Shown here: positions 63,975 to 64,000 of the stretch, one piece after another | Layout: each line of letters opens with the position of its first letter | How positions within the stretch are numbered: position 1 is the first letter of the stretch | From: Candidatus Marinacidobacterales bacterium | Lineage (GTDB): Bacteria > Acidobacteriota > Vicinamibacteria > Marinacidobacterales > DATDRI01 | DNA: 64,000 nucleotides | Reading direction: 5' to 3' | NCBI GenBank assembly: GCA_965226495.1 | Contig: OZ245365.1 | Coordinates: 4,800,001 to 4,864,000 of the forward strand | Made by a program: the position numbers and the translations under genes | Notes under the pieces: generated by a model | The model's input: only the letters and a program-made list of their open reading frames with translations | The model's database searches: none | Told to the model about the DNA's origin: nothing

Positions 63975-64000
63975 GCTGTACCAACGAAGTTGGTACCACC

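Overview
GC-rich bacterial window. Gene content and repeat style suggest an acidobacterium, but that is inference only. Housekeeping content: tdk 3' end, an oligopeptide-type ABC transporter, a ccsA-hemACDBL operon, an Fe-S/Rrf2 cluster, an NtrC-family regulator, divergent clpB/dnaK, kbl, queG, an ECF sigma/anti-sigma/dual-RND efflux operon, CoA-transferase subunits, a second ECF module, a pseudopilin-HD-GYP operon and surface-glycan genes. No rRNA, tRNA, CRISPR array or intact mobile element was seen. The most interesting signal is in the AT-richer gap 5081-6035, which the ORF track leaves essentially unexplained. It holds three tiny minus-strand ORFs: MTKGILWV, METQNDNIEIVELTVEELEERTAPAAGMIWN and MNRGILWV. 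All three end in G-hydrophobic-hydrophobic-W-x-stop, and the two octapeptides differ mostly by synonymous changes. They lie directly upstream of a membrane HD-GYP/GAF/GGDEF protein, and this block sits between the peptide-binding protein and the two permeases of the ABC transporter. It is a candidate micropeptide/c-di-GMP signalling system. Other notable items are a dispersed repeat family with a covarying hairpin, a beta-propeller gene split by a transposase fragment between 36-bp direct repeats, an NtrC regulator with a natural Asp-to-Glu change, a small gene behind a sigma54 consensus promoter, and several broken genes.
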